Assembly (NCBI GenBank): GCA_030612025.1 | Contig: JAUWOR010000008.1 | Location: 1 to 64,000 of the forward strand | Length of the DNA stretch: 64,000 bases | Source of the DNA: Dehalococcoidia bacterium | GTDB lineage: Bacteria > Chloroflexota > Dehalococcoidia > GIF9 > AB-539-J10 | Direction: 5' to 3' | Shown here: positions 41,057 through 51,632 of the stretch, in pieces | Layout of the letters: every line of letters begins with the position of its first letter | Position numbering within the stretch: position 1 is the stretch's first letter | Program-made: the position numbers and the translations under genes | Notes under the pieces: model-generated | Told to the model about the DNA's origin: nothing | Databases searched by the model: none | The model's input: the letters and a program-made list of their open reading frames with translations, nothing else

Positions 41057-42037
41057 CTATACATGGAACTCAACTATGTCTCCATCCTGAAGCACATGTT
41101 CCCGGCTGACTCTCTGCCCATCATACTTCCCCGAGCCCCAAACAACAGCATATTTCAATTTGTCTTTAAAATCTTTATGGATAGATTCAGCAGCGTCCTT
41201 CACAGTGCTGCCCATTTTCAGTATTACAGGATCGGTTAAGTCAGCCTTGCCTCCCGGGGTTTTGGTATAAACTCGGAAAATGCCCAGAGCTTGGTAAATT
41301 GTTTCCTTCAATTCCTCTAAGCCAATTCCTTCCCTGGCAGAGACCGAAATCATAGGAAATAATGTGCCATATTGCGAATCTAACCTTTTCCAGTTGCTGG
41401 TCGAACCTTCCATATCATACTTATTGCCAATGAGCAAAATTTTCTTTTGATAGCTCCCTAGAGTTGCTTCTTTAGCATTATCCGTCACGGGCTCTATTCT
41501 GGCCTCTTTTAACTCCTGAAGAGTATTCTCCACCTGGCTTACCGACTCAATACTGAGGTCTACCACAATAGCAATAAGGTCAGCTCCCCTAAGTGTGTTA
41601 GCTAGCAATGTTCGCACATCTCTATGCCCTATAGGTGGCGTATCAACCAGTTGAATCTGGATATTCTCAAAACCCATCATTCCTGGGATGAGAGTTTGGG
41701 TGGTAAAAGGATATGCCGCTATCTCAGGAGACGCCTCGGTGACTGCTGCCAATAGCTGTGATTTCCCCACGTTGGTTGGACCTACTAGTATTACTTGCCC
41801 AGCTCCTTCCCTTCGAATATAGAAACCTGCTCTTCTGGCTGTAGCATATTTCTTTTCCGCTTCCTGTGATAACCTGGCAATCTTCCGCCTTAGCCCTGCG
41901 TGGAGCTTATCAGTGCCCTTATGTTTGGGCATAATGGCAAGCATGAGTTGCAAAGCCTCAATTTTTTCCTCTGGGTCCTTAGCTAATCTATACTTTTTCT
42001 CGGCTTCAAAGTATTGTGGCGGTAAGTTCGCTGGCAT
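41057..42037 (-). CDS. DRG/OBG-like GTPase with TGS domain
   Basis: MPANLPP, PKHKGT, GPTNVGKS, YPFTT, NKYD, TGS C-terminus. Confidence 0.92.
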   Translation of the reverse strand: MPANLPPQYFEAEKKYRLAKDPEEKIEALQLMLAIMPKHKGTDKLHAGLRRKIARLSQEAEKKYATARRAGFYIRREGAGQVILVGPTNVGKSQLLAAVTEASPEIAAYPFTTQTLIPGMMGFENIQIQLVDTPPIGHRDVRTLLANTLRGADLIAIVVDLSIESVSQVENTLQELKEARIEPVTDNAKEATLGSYQKKILLIGNKYDMEGSTSNWKRLDSQYGTLFPMISVSAREGIGLEELKETIYQALGIFRVYTKTPGGKADLTDPVILKMGSTVKDAAESIHKDFKDKLKYAVVWGSGKYDGQRVSREHVLQDGDIVEFHV

Positions 42038-42138
42038 ACACCTATTTTAACACCTTTAAAGGAAGGCAAGTACGGAATATAGACAAACTTCCTTGCAAGC
42101 TGGTATAAATATCCCAACAAGCCATTAAGCAATTTGGA

Positions 42139-43149
42139 TTGACAAATCTTTCCCTATTAGATGCAGCCAAGCTTATCCAGAGGGGAATACGCAATTATAT
42201 AACTAATCGCCCCTTAGTAGTCTCTTTCGAGGTGACACTTTCCTGTAATTGCAACTGCCGACACTGTGACCTTGGCGGCATAATAAAAGACGAAAAGCAG
42301 CTTAAACCAGATGATTATGCTAGGTTAAGCAGACTCCTAAATCCACCCGTGGTGCAAATCTCTGGCGGTGAACCACTTCTACGTAAAGATATAGTAGATG
42401 TAGTCAAGGCTATCAAACAATCTAAAGGGGTACCCTGCTTAATATTTGTCACCAATGGGGCACTACTAAATGAGGATGTCTATCTACAACTGCATGAAGC
42501 TGGGGTAAACCAGCTTTTAGTATCGCTTGATTTCCCTGATGAACGACATGATGAATTCCGACGGCGACCAGGTCTGGATAAACATCTGGAGCGAACAATT
42601 CCGAAGTTAGCAAGCTTTAGCCACCGGGACATTATTTTGAACACAGCCATAACGAAAGCCAACCTAAAAGATATATTGCCTTTAGCCCAAAAAGCCATGA
42701 ATTGGCATGTATTCATATTGTAGAGTGCCTATACTTCACAGCGAACAGGTGACAAGGCTTACTCCGTCAATGATGAGAAGGATTTAGAGCTTTTGCGTAA
42801 AACTATTTATGCGCTGATAGAATTAAAGAGGCATGGCAATCATATAACCAACTCTAAAGCTGTACTTTTAAATACCCTGAAGTTCTTTGAACGAGGCTAC
42901 CGGCCAAATTGTAAGGCTGGTATAAGATTCTTTGTCATAATGCCTGATGGAAGCTTCGTCCCCGGCTCATTGCATCGCAACAAATATTCCAGTCAAAAAG
43001 AAATGATAGAAAGCTTCTCACGAACTAACCAATGTGGTGGCTGTTATGTAGCCATAAGGGCTTATAGCGATCGCTCACTTTGGGGATTATTGAAAGATAC
43101 TCCAGCATATGGCAAACGACTTTTCGCTCACCCCAAGGGGATTACATAG
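42139..43149 (+). pseudogene. Radical SAM protein interrupted by in-frame TAG at 42721
   Basis: CNCNCRHC, SGGEPLLR; the same frame continues after the stop into the 42793-43149 ORF with C-terminal Cys motifs. Confidence 0.8.
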
Positions 43150-43179
43150 ATAGGGTGTAACTTAAACCAAAACCCTGAA

Positions 43180-43794
43180 TCACCATAGCTGGGGCAAGAA
43201 CCTAAATGCCCCATATCCCAAGTAAGCCTCAACGAGGCACCTAATTAGCCGGCCGGCAAAGCAGGCAAGGATAAACTTCCACAGAGGAAACTTAGCTGAC
43301 CCGGCAACAATCCCGATGAGGTCAAAAATAAGTACCGGCAACAAGGCAAAAAGGAAGATGGCAAAGCTCCCATACCTCTTCATCCAGAATTCAGCCTTGT
43401 TGTATTTTTCTGAATATTTATCGAGGATTATCTTTCTCCCCAAATAGCCAACAACATAGCTGCTCAGTTCCCCTAAAGTAGCACCTGCCGCAGCTACCAC
43501 TCCAAGCAATAAGGGATCGAATAACGGTTCTAAAGTTAAGGGATCTAAAGCTGCTCCTGCCCCTATTATGACTGCTTCCCAGGGAAGGGGGAAAAGAATA
43601 GTGACGCAACTAAGAGATACCAAAAATATTCCGAGATAGCCATAAGCCAGAAATTTCTCCAAATCCAGATAAGAGCGGGCAAGGAAAAAAATCGCTGCGG
43701 ATAAAGCAAAGACCAAAATAAAAGCTGATATTTGGAAAGACTTGCGAGTTACAACTTTCTCCCGAAGGAATTGAACTTTGGAAGCAATGCTCAT
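43180..43794 (-). CDS. VTT/DedA-like membrane protein
   Basis: GATLGELSSYVVGYLG, FDLIGIVAG, GRLIR. Confidence 0.85.
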   Translation of the reverse strand: MSIASKVQFLREKVVTRKSFQISAFILVFALSAAIFFLARSYLDLEKFLAYGYLGIFLVSLSCVTILFPLPWEAVIIGAGAALDPLTLEPLFDPLLLGVVAAAGATLGELSSYVVGYLGRKIILDKYSEKYNKAEFWMKRYGSFAIFLFALLPVLIFDLIGIVAGSAKFPLWKFILACFAGRLIRCLVEAYLGYGAFRFLPQLW

Positions 43795-43978
43795 CTTGCC
43801 CAAACTATACCACACCTTTTTTCGTTTTCCTGCCAATGGTGTGCCAAATACCTCATTTGCTATATAAGAGACTTGAGCCATCACGTAAAAGAATTCATTT
43901 AAGTAGCCTAGCTATGATACAATAGTCTCACTACGGTCAAGCTGAATTTAAGCTAATAAAAAGGAGGCCTGAGGTAAG

Positions 43979-44522
43979 GTGGAGATATTCCATCCCCATA
44001 ATTGTAAGCTTGGTGATTTCGTTTGGTTGTGCCCCACAGGGGGTTGGACCACCGCTGACTGGCGAAGAAACGAAGCGGATAATCGAGGTAGAAGCTGCTG
44101 ACCAAACATTGCTTTACCGATGTCAATCTATCTGGTCGGCGGAGAGGTTCTCAGAACTCTCAGAGAATGACTTAAAAGCAAGATTCAAAGAAAAATATAA
44201 CGTAGATGCTCGGGAATTTAAATTCTCCTTTGAGCCAGCAAATCACTCAACTGTAACCAAGTGCAATATTTATGGCACTATTACAAAAAGTAGGAATAGT
44301 TATACAGCTGACTTACTTTGGTTTTTGAGACCTCTCGGGTTAGACTTTATCAATGACGCTTTTGAGGAATCCAACCATGGGCTTTCCTAGAAGGGATGTG
44401 TCAATGGTATTCCAATGAGTATTGAGGTTAAGTGCCCACCACAAGACTGTGTCTATGAGGCTTGGCAACGTCCAGTTGGCCACTGCCATGGACATATATG
44501 GTGGCCAGTCTCTTCTGAATAA
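43979..44522 (+). pseudogene. Putative lipoprotein interrupted by in-frame TAG at 44388
   Basis: Lipobox-like SFGC; the frame continues after the stop to ..VGHCHGHIWWPVSSE*. Confidence 0.5.
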
Positions 44523-44536
44523 AGTTAAGGGGAAAA

Positions 44537-45181
44537 ATGAAGATTACAATTGTTTACGACAACGAAGTAAAGAAGGAGGGACTAAAGGCAGATTGGGGAT
44601 TTTCCGCTCTTATAGAAAATGAAAAGGCGCCGCCAATTCTGTTTGATACCGGTGCCGATGGCACCACATTGCTACACAATATGAAAGAACTAGACATTGA
44701 CCCCAAAAATATAGGGATAATAGTGCTCTCACATGCTCATTGGGACCACACTGGAGGGCTTTCTGAGATTCTCAAGCAAAATGAAACCGCTGAGTTTTAC
44801 ATCCCAAGCTCGTTTAGAAGGGCATTTCCTGCTAGGAAGATAACTACTGTGGGCAAAGAGGCTATTCAAATTTGCCAAGATGTCTTTTCCACTGGCGAAC
44901 TCGGAGGCACAGAGCAGTCCTTGGCCCTCAAGATTGATAAGGGAATATTTGTGGTAACAGGTTGCTCTCACCCGGGAGTGGGGAATATCCTGAAGGCTGC
45001 CTCAAAATTTGGAAGGCTCTATGGAATCGCCGGCGGGTTTCATGGGTTTCGTGACTTTAAGGCTTTAGATGAACTATCGCTAATTTACCCCTGTCATTGC
45101 ACTCAATATAAAAGGGAGATAAGAGAGCTATTTAAGGATAAAGCTTTGGAATGTGGAGCCGGATTGGTAATCCAATTGTAG
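44537..45181 (+). CDS. MBL-fold metallo-hydrolase
   Basis: LFDTG, SHAHWDHTGG, GCSHPG, GGFH, PCHCT. Confidence 0.92.
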   Translation: MKITIVYDNEVKKEGLKADWGFSALIENEKAPPILFDTGADGTTLLHNMKELDIDPKNIGIIVLSHAHWDHTGGLSEILKQNETAEFYIPSSFRRAFPARKITTVGKEAIQICQDVFSTGELGGTEQSLALKIDKGIFVVTGCSHPGVGNILKAASKFGRLYGIAGGFHGFRDFKALDELSLIYPCHCTQYKREIRELFKDKALECGAGLVIQL

Positions 45182-45182
45182 C

Positions 45183-45869
45183 CTATGAACCTCCGTAATC
45201 TCTTTCTCCAAATATCTTAGTTCCTATTCTAACTATATTGGCACCTTCCTCTATGGCAATTTTATAGGAGTTTGTCATCCCCATGGAAAGATATTTCATC
45301 TCTACATTGGGTAAATCAAGCCCCTTAATCCTTTCAAATATCTTTCTTGTCTCCACAAAATAAGGTCGGGCATCTTCAGGGTTTCCAAAACGAGGTCCCA
45401 TAGTCATAAGTCCCATTACTTTGATGTTCCTGAGGTTTGAGACATCTCTTACCAATTGCTCCGCGTCCTCTGGGAATACCCCTGATTTTTGTTCTTCTCG
45501 ACCGCTATTTATCTCAATTAATACTGGCATTACTTTGCCAATTTGAGCACATCTCCTATCAATTTCCTTTGCTATTTCCAAAGAATCAACGGTTTCTATC
45601 ATATCGAACATTTCCACCGTTTTTCTTCTTACATTATGCTTCTGAAGGGTCCCAATGAAATGCCATCTTGCTCTCTTCCCTACCACTTCATACGCCTTTT
45701 TTGCTTCCTGAACATAATTTTCCCCGATGATTTTTACTCCTGCCTGAACCGCCTGCAGAATCTCCTCAGGTGTTCTTGCTTTCGCTGCTGCTACCAATTC
45801 GATACCATTTGGCAATTCAGCCAATATCCTTTGAATGTTTTGTTTAATCAACGCAGCCACATCTACCAT
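45183..45869 (-). CDS. yggS: PLP homeostasis protein YggS
   Basis: GENYVQE, WHFIG, GLMTM, LSMGMT, VRIGTKIFG. Confidence 0.95.
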   Translation of the reverse strand: MVDVAALIKQNIQRILAELPNGIELVAAAKARTPEEILQAVQAGVKIIGENYVQEAKKAYEVVGKRARWHFIGTLQKHNVRRKTVEMFDMIETVDSLEIAKEIDRRCAQIGKVMPVLIEINSGREEQKSGVFPEDAEQLVRDVSNLRNIKVMGLMTMGPRFGNPEDARPYFVETRKIFERIKGLDLPNVEMKYLSMGMTNSYKIAIEEGANIVRIGTKIFGERDYGGS

Positions 45870-45923
45870 CCAAACTTACAGCTTTATCTGCACTCTCAGA
45901 GCTTTGATTGTCTTAGTGATAAC

Positions 45924-46556
45924 TCAATCAAAATAGCCCCAGAACCAAAATCTGTCAGTTTGAGGATCGATATAATAGAACTTGTTACCGATAAAGCAAC
46001 CATTCTTAAGATGATACCCATTGTCCCTAGCAACTAGAGTTACGGACATCACATAGCCATCATCATAAGCATGAGCCTGCAACATGCGCGCAAAATCTTC
46101 GCAATCAAACTGATTAGGAATATACCTGTTACTATCAGTATCATCCTGCGAAAGCCAAAGTACCAACTCTTCTTCGCTTCGGAATTCTCTGAGGGGCCTC
46201 CCTGGTCCGGGTTTTGTTTTGTAAGCATCTTTCCAATACGCTATTTGCCATTGGAGATCTGCTATAGCATCCTCCTCTTCCGCTCCCCTTTTACTCATGA
46301 CTTGATACTGATACTCCAAGGCCACATATTGATGCTCCAAATCTTCGTACTTTTGGCTTAGGTAATCATATTGCTGGCTTAGGTAATCATTTCTTGAATT
46401 CAATTGCTCATATTCGCAGCTTAATTCAGCGTATGAAGCCTGGATTTGCTGTAACTCCTGCTTAACATTCCTAACATTGGAATGCTGGATACCACCAAAT
46501 ACACCTCCTACCACCAGTAAAGCTCCCAACACAGAAATTATAATGGTCTTTCCCAT
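45924..46556 (-). CDS. Membrane-anchored coiled-coil protein with transglutaminase/cysteine-protease-like C-terminus
   Basis: N-terminal TM, heptad region, FDCEDFA..H..YIDPQTD. Confidence 0.6.
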   Translation of the reverse strand: MGKTIIISVLGALLVVGGVFGGIQHSNVRNVKQELQQIQASYAELSCEYEQLNSRNDYLSQQYDYLSQKYEDLEHQYVALEYQYQVMSKRGAEEEDAIADLQWQIAYWKDAYKTKPGPGRPLREFRSEEELVLWLSQDDTDSNRYIPNQFDCEDFARMLQAHAYDDGYVMSVTLVARDNGYHLKNGCFIGNKFYYIDPQTDRFWFWGYFD

Positions 46557-46952
46557 AATTGTGCCCCCTTACTAATCCCCTTATTTCGTATTATGTTGAT
46601 TGTCGCTTATCAATCCAGTAGCTGGGACGAGAGCTAAGGGAGTTTCCCTTTTTAACATATGCCATTGTATAGCACCACCCTCCACACCCCGTCTTTCAGA
46701 TATAACCCCAAATCACAATGGTGCTTGATTTACAAACTGAGGAACTTTGAGCTTAATTTCATATTTAATGTGAGCCGCCAAGGACTCGAACCCTGAACCG
46801 GCTGATTAAGAGTCGCAAGCGAACTATACCACCCGATGCTCCCAAATAGCAAGACGTGCTATAAGGTTTGAGGATTAGACTCATTTTGTATCTGAGGTGG
46901 CATCAGGTGCTGGGGCATGCTCAGAAGTTTGTTAGCAAAATGTTAGCAAAAC

Positions 46953-47111
46953 TTAGGAGCTTGGGAGAGTCTCTGGTTGGTTCGGTTCTTCCCTCTTTTC
47001 CTGGGAAATTTCTAGCCTGGCGCCACACTTGAGGCAGGTTTGGTGGTCTGGCTCAAGCAATGCCCAGCCATAACAGTGGTAACCACATTTGGGACATTTT
47101 CCTTCTGGCAT
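46953..47111 (-). CDS. Small double-CxxC zinc-finger protein (not in ORF track)
   Basis: MPEGKCPKCGYHCYGWALLEPDHQTCLKCGARLEIS..; GGAGGAG RBS. Confidence 0.65.
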   Translation of the reverse strand: MPEGKCPKCGYHCYGWALLEPDHQTCLKCGARLEISQEKREEPNQPETLPSS

Positions 47112-47114
47112 CGT

Positions 47115-47420
47115 TCACTCCTCCTTCAGAAGGGCGTCGACATCCTGGCGGCGGAATCTCCTATCATGGCGGGGGCCAATACGGTATGATTTTAGTATTC
47201 CGTTTTCACTCCAGTGTCTCACAGTATTGGGATGCAACCCAAGCAACTGAGCTACACCGCTTGTCGTGAGCATAGCCCCAGAGGCTTTTTGCGGTGATGG
47301 TTTCTCCGTGGCAATTTGCCTGACTCGCTCACGACTTATGCCCAACCTGCGACCGATTTCGGCATAACTTAACTCGGCCTTCCTTAACTCAACTACCTCA
47401 TCCCGCGAAGTCATTAGCAC
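47115..47420 (-). CDS. HTH plus excisionase-like (MerR/HTH_17) protein
   Basis: SYAEIGRRLGISRERVRQI; LTTSGVAQLLGLHPNTVRHW..RRFRRQDV. Confidence 0.8.
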   Translation of the reverse strand: MLMTSRDEVVELRKAELSYAEIGRRLGISRERVRQIATEKPSPQKASGAMLTTSGVAQLLGLHPNTVRHWSENGILKSYRIGPRHDRRFRRQDVDALLKEE

Positions 47421-47446
47421 TGTCAGCCTCCTATAAATCCCGGGTT

Positions 47447-47474
47447 AGGGAGTCCCTTTTATGGGACTCCCCTT
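47447..47474. terminator. Probable intrinsic terminator
   Basis: AGGGAGTCCC-TTTTAT-GGGACTCCCCT hairpin downstream of the large surface protein gene. Confidence 0.55.
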
Positions 47475-47505
47475 CCGTGATTCTAGCCTTGAGTTTAGCC
47501 AATGT

Positions 47506-50500
47506 TTAGCCCTCAGCCCTGCGGCGCCTGATAACAATAAAGCTACCAGCTATTATAGCCATACCTATAACAATCCACGGCGCCAGAATAGCTGGCTTAT
47601 TAACGGGGTAAGCCTCACCACCTACTGGAGGCGCTACTGGGTAGGATTTAGAATCATTGGGATCCGTCTCACCAGGGTCCACCCTCCCATTGCCATTGAG
47701 GTCCTCTTGACCATCCGAAAAGCCGTCGCCATCGGTGTCAGGATTCAAAGGATCGGTAGTCGTGGTAGGATCAGCATCGGGGATGAATACCGCTGGGTCG
47801 GTATCAACTCCCTGTGGTGCGGTGAGACCTTTCTCTGTGCCATCCTGGACTCCATCACCATCTGTGTCTGGGTTGTTGGGGTCGGTTTCGCCGGCATCCA
47901 CACAGCCATTCGCATTCATGTCCTCTGAGCTAGCAGGGCCATCCAACAGGCCATCGTCATCTGTATCCCCATCGTTGGGATCAGTTGTGGTGTCTGGACA
48001 ACAATCCCCAGGACCACCCTCTTCGACGCAAGTTGGCAAGCCATCGCCGTCTGGATCGTCAGAGGGGGCAGTTAGCCAGGGTGTAACCGTCACGTCAGCG
48101 CTCGTTTTGTCTCCTGGCCCACCTGGGTTCTCATCGGGATCATCCGGTCCGCCGGCGTTGCCCCACCAGTTGTAGGTGGCGTCTACCACGTTGCCGGTGG
48201 TATCATTGACTCCGAAGTTCGTATTGCCGGAGATGTTGTTGCAGTTTATTGGGTTGTCGTGGCAATTGGTACCTGCCAGCTTAATCCCTATATCGGTGTT
48301 CGAGGTGATGTCGTTGTTATAGATTTCGTTGCCGCTGGTATGGGGGCCACACCCCCAGAACAGATAGATACCTTTCTCCGAGTTCCCAGTTATGAGGTTC
48401 CCGTATATCTCGTTGTCGGGTGAATTCTCCAACATGATGCCGACGGTGTTGTCCGAGATAGCGTTGTTGTCGTAGATCTCGTTGTCATGGGCGTTGAATA
48501 AGTATATACCATATCTAACGCCCCCTCCGGTGTTATGTGATACCTCGTTTTCGTATACCTTGTTGCCGTCGCATCCTATATCCATCCAGATGCCCTTCTT
48601 GTTGGAGTTAGTTGTATTGTCGTGTATCAGGTTGTTGTCTGCATACTGCATGAATATACCGGTATTCCTCCACCCAGTAATTGAGTTAAAAGTATTGCCG
48701 ACAATTTCGTTGCCATTGGATTCATATACCTGTATGCCATAGTCCACCGCGTTATTTGAAAAATCGTTTCCGGATATGGTATTGTTATTTGCCGAGTTCT
48801 CCAGGTAAATGCCGTCCCCAAACTGCAAGTTGCTACCTATATTGTTGGATATAGTGCAGCCAGATGCACCATCAAGCCATATGCCCCTAGCGGCATTTTG
48901 CACGGTGAAGCCGTCGAAGGTTACATTATCGGCTGTTATCTTAACAACAGGATTCGGACCGGGCCCTCCACCATCTATAAACGTGTTCGCTGCTGTGCCA
49001 TTGGACTGGATGGTTAGGTTGGCCTTATCCACGGTTATCGGGAAAGTCTCGCCAAGAGCAGCATTGTATGTGCCCTCCGCCACATGCACCGTGCTCCCAG
49101 AAACATTATCAATACCGTCTTGGATAGTGGCAAAGGCATCGTAGCCAAAGGTGTGCCCATCGGCTGGGTCACCAGGACTAAGGCTTGCCCAATCGTCGTC
49201 TACCCAGACTTCATCGGCTAGGGGCAGAAAACGAATGCCAATATCACCGCCGTCAGAACCAGCATTTTTGCATGGTGACCCACCTTGCAAGGTGTAATCT
49301 AATCCAGCCGCATTAGTCCATAGCGGGTCTTGGTTAATACAACCATTAGCCGCAAGCGCAAGCGTATCCCAGCCATCGTCTATATTGTTCCACGTGTCAG
49401 TATAAGTAACATTGGGTGCATCGATGCAAAAAGCTTCCCCTCCGTTTGCCACAATGCAGTCTCTAACTGTTCGTGTAGCCGCCCAATTGTTAAACCCATA
49501 ACTCTGAAATACATTGGCTACACAGTTTTCAAACACAATTTCACCGGGACACACCCAGTCAGCTTCAAAAGCACCATAACTATCATGAACTACGCAGTTA
49601 GAAACTGTCCATGTGCCGTCACAACTTCCAAAACGCATACCAAGGCCCTTATAGGAACTCTTGGCATTTTCTACCAGACAGTATTCAATAAACCCAACAC
49701 TTCCAGATAGAGTGTGAAATATCCCTATACCCTTTGGTTTGGGATGCCAAAAGCCGCTACTGTCACCGGTAAACCAGATATGGTTATTCTGGATATAGAC
49801 ATTTGAGCATTCATGGATGTGGAGTGCTGCTAAGTCGTTCCCTGCGCTGGCCTCATTGTCGCCGCAGCGTTCAAATTTACAGCCGCGCACAACAATGTTA
49901 CCGCCGCTCATTTTACGGAAATTTACGCCTACTCCTCCCTGGTTAGCATCGTTGATGAAGGAACAGCTTTGCACCAGTATTGTATGCACATTCGGGTGAT
50001 AATAATCCGGGCCTGATTGACCCTGTTGGTGATTGGTAATCATACCCCAAGCATAGTAATCCATAGGATTATTCTTCATGGTAAGCCCGACAAAACCAAT
50101 ATTGTTACTTGTTCCTTCCAGCCAAAAACCACGGTCTGCACTGGACGCTGGAGTTGGATTGGCTGAACAGTCAATAATCGGAGTATTACCACTTTTTGCC
50201 CGAACAATCAGTTTTTCTATGTTGTTTATGTGGATATTTCCGTCATAGACAGCTTCATCCTGGATCTCAATGATAGCCCAATCATCTCCGTCACGCGTGA
50301 GAGCACCTTCAACAGCAATCTTCAGGGCATCACCACCACCTGTTACTGTCATCGTGGCAGCAGCATTTAATTTGCTCACCAAACCGTTGAAGGCCGCAGG
50401 CAAATCCGTGAATTCCCCCCACCGACCATTCGGGTCCCATATTACAGTGTCTCTGTACGTATCTGCGTTTGCCTCCACCGTTCCTGCCATTGGCACTGCT

Positions 50501-50577
50501 ATTATTCCCAAAGACAACACTAGTGCCAGGGCAACCAGCAAATAAACTGGCTTGGCATACCATTTTGTTTTACTCAT
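47506..50577 (-). CDS. Large secreted/surface protein: beta-helix (NosD/CASH-like) repeats, Asp-rich Ca-binding repeats, C-terminal TM anchor
   Basis: Signal peptide; GIxL..N repeats; DTDGDG repeats; PVGG..NK..LAPW-TM-RRRR tail. Confidence 0.85.
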   Translation of the reverse strand: MSKTKWYAKPVYLLVALALVLSLGIIAVPMAGTVEANADTYRDTVIWDPNGRWGEFTDLPAAFNGLVSKLNAAATMTVTGGGDALKIAVEGALTRDGDDWAIIEIQDEAVYDGNIHINNIEKLIVRAKSGNTPIIDCSANPTPASSADRGFWLEGTSNNIGFVGLTMKNNPMDYYAWGMITNHQQGQSGPDYYHPNVHTILVQSCSFINDANQGGVGVNFRKMSGGNIVVRGCKFERCGDNEASAGNDLAALHIHECSNVYIQNNHIWFTGDSSGFWHPKPKGIGIFHTLSGSVGFIEYCLVENAKSSYKGLGMRFGSCDGTWTVSNCVVHDSYGAFEADWVCPGEIVFENCVANVFQSYGFNNWAATRTVRDCIVANGGEAFCIDAPNVTYTDTWNNIDDGWDTLALAANGCINQDPLWTNAAGLDYTLQGGSPCKNAGSDGGDIGIRFLPLADEVWVDDDWASLSPGDPADGHTFGYDAFATIQDGIDNVSGSTVHVAEGTYNAALGETFPITVDKANLTIQSNGTAANTFIDGGGPGPNPVVKITADNVTFDGFTVQNAARGIWLDGASGCTISNNIGSNLQFGDGIYLENSANNNTISGNDFSNNAVDYGIQVYESNGNEIVGNTFNSITGWRNTGIFMQYADNNLIHDNTTNSNKKGIWMDIGCDGNKVYENEVSHNTGGGVRYGIYLFNAHDNEIYDNNAISDNTVGIMLENSPDNEIYGNLITGNSEKGIYLFWGCGPHTSGNEIYNNDITSNTDIGIKLAGTNCHDNPINCNNISGNTNFGVNDTTGNVVDATYNWWGNAGGPDDPDENPGGPGDKTSADVTVTPWLTAPSDDPDGDGLPTCVEEGGPGDCCPDTTTDPNDGDTDDDGLLDGPASSEDMNANGCVDAGETDPNNPDTDGDGVQDGTEKGLTAPQGVDTDPAVFIPDADPTTTTDPLNPDTDGDGFSDGQEDLNGNGRVDPGETDPNDSKSYPVAPPVGGEAYPVNKPAILAPWIVIGMAIIAGSFIVIRRRRAEG

Positions 50578-50600
50578 TTTTTCCTCCTTTCGTTATTTTT

Positions 50601-50656
50601 GAGATTGCCACGCTGTTTGCCACGCCTTCGGCTGACAACTTCGGCTCGCAATGACA
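50601..50656. repeat. Palindromic miniature element half
   Basis: GAGATTGCCACG...GGCTCGCAATGACA. Confidence 0.7.
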
Positions 50657-50710
50657 GCCCTGGGGAATGCCCAAGGGCACCGGCATGGGTAATTATTATG
50701 TTAAGCTGTT

Positions 50711-51127
50711 TCATGGATTGTCACCCTCACCTTTAGCCTCTCCCATCAAGGGAGAGGGAATGCGAGTTTTGGTGCGCCGAAGCAAGGAACGAACCCAGGC
50801 TAAAAGCAAGATTAAATTAAAGGGGTGAGTCATATAAACATCTGCTCCGGATTCCAGAAAATGAATTCCTGCCCTTTCTTCCTTATCTTTGCCAAGGATA
50901 ATGATGGGAGCTTTGCATATCTCCCGAATCTGCTTACATGGCTTATCTCCATTCATTTCAGCGAGAGCCTCAGCCATGATTATCACATCAGGCTCTTTCC
51001 TCCGTATTTCAGCCAAAGCTTGCTGACCATCATCAGCAGTTACCACTTGAAACCCTGAGTGCTGTAAGACGAAAGTTAATCTATCCGCTGCCTGTAGGTG
51101 GGGATGAATTAGTAAAATCCTGTCCAT
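50711..51127 (-). CDS. Atypical single-domain response regulator
   Basis: Receiver fold (PDVIIM, APIIIL, GADVYM) lacking the canonical acidic pocket and Lys; C-terminus derived from a CCCTCACC..GGGAGAGG repeat (50724-50759). Confidence 0.7.
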   Translation of the reverse strand: MDRILLIHPHLQAADRLTFVLQHSGFQVVTADDGQQALAEIRRKEPDVIIMAEALAEMNGDKPCKQIREICKAPIIILGKDKEERAGIHFLESGADVYMTHPFNLILLLAWVRSLLRRTKTRIPSPLMGEAKGEGDNP

Positions 51128-51307
51128 CGGCTCCTTCAGCTAATATCCTGATAGGGGCTTGCCACCTTTAGTTATCATATATCGTAGCATCAAGTTTTGT
51201 CAAGATGCTTCTAATAACTTCTTTTTATTTCTAGTTGTGCCTAATTTTGGCCAGCTTGATATTCTTGGGTCAAATACAGTAAATTTCGGGTTTTTAATCA
51301 GGCAGGA

Positions 51308-51520
51308 TTGAAAGTAAAGGATAAGTCTATGGTAAAGGAAGATGAACTAAACCGAGGTGTAGAGAGGATATTCCTGACGTTTCGGGAAGCGCAGAGCTTT
51401 TTAGGGATAAGCCATCAAACGATGTATAAGCTTATGAAGGAGGGGCTGCCGTCTCATAAGATAGCCAGGAACCGGGTGTTCTTTAGGGAAGACCTTATTA
51501 AATGGATAAGAGACCACTGA
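51308..51520 (+). CDS. Excisionase-like HTH_17 protein
   Basis: FLTFREAQSFLGISHQTMYKL..LPSHKI..RVFFREDLIKWI. Confidence 0.8.
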   Translation: MKVKDKSMVKEDELNRGVERIFLTFREAQSFLGISHQTMYKLMKEGLPSHKIARNRVFFREDLIKWIRDH

Positions 51521-51632
51521 TTGGTGAAGGATTAAGGCAAGGGTTACTTTGAATCTATGCTAGAGTGCGTGAGATTTGACAAGATACTGAAGCTAGATGC
51601 TAACAAAATATTAGCAAAGGGTCTTAACCACG

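Noticed and set aside
46770-46814. Second tRNA-Lys gene
   Set aside because: Only the 3' half is present (no D-arm, no 5' acceptor strand, no CCA); it is an att duplication.
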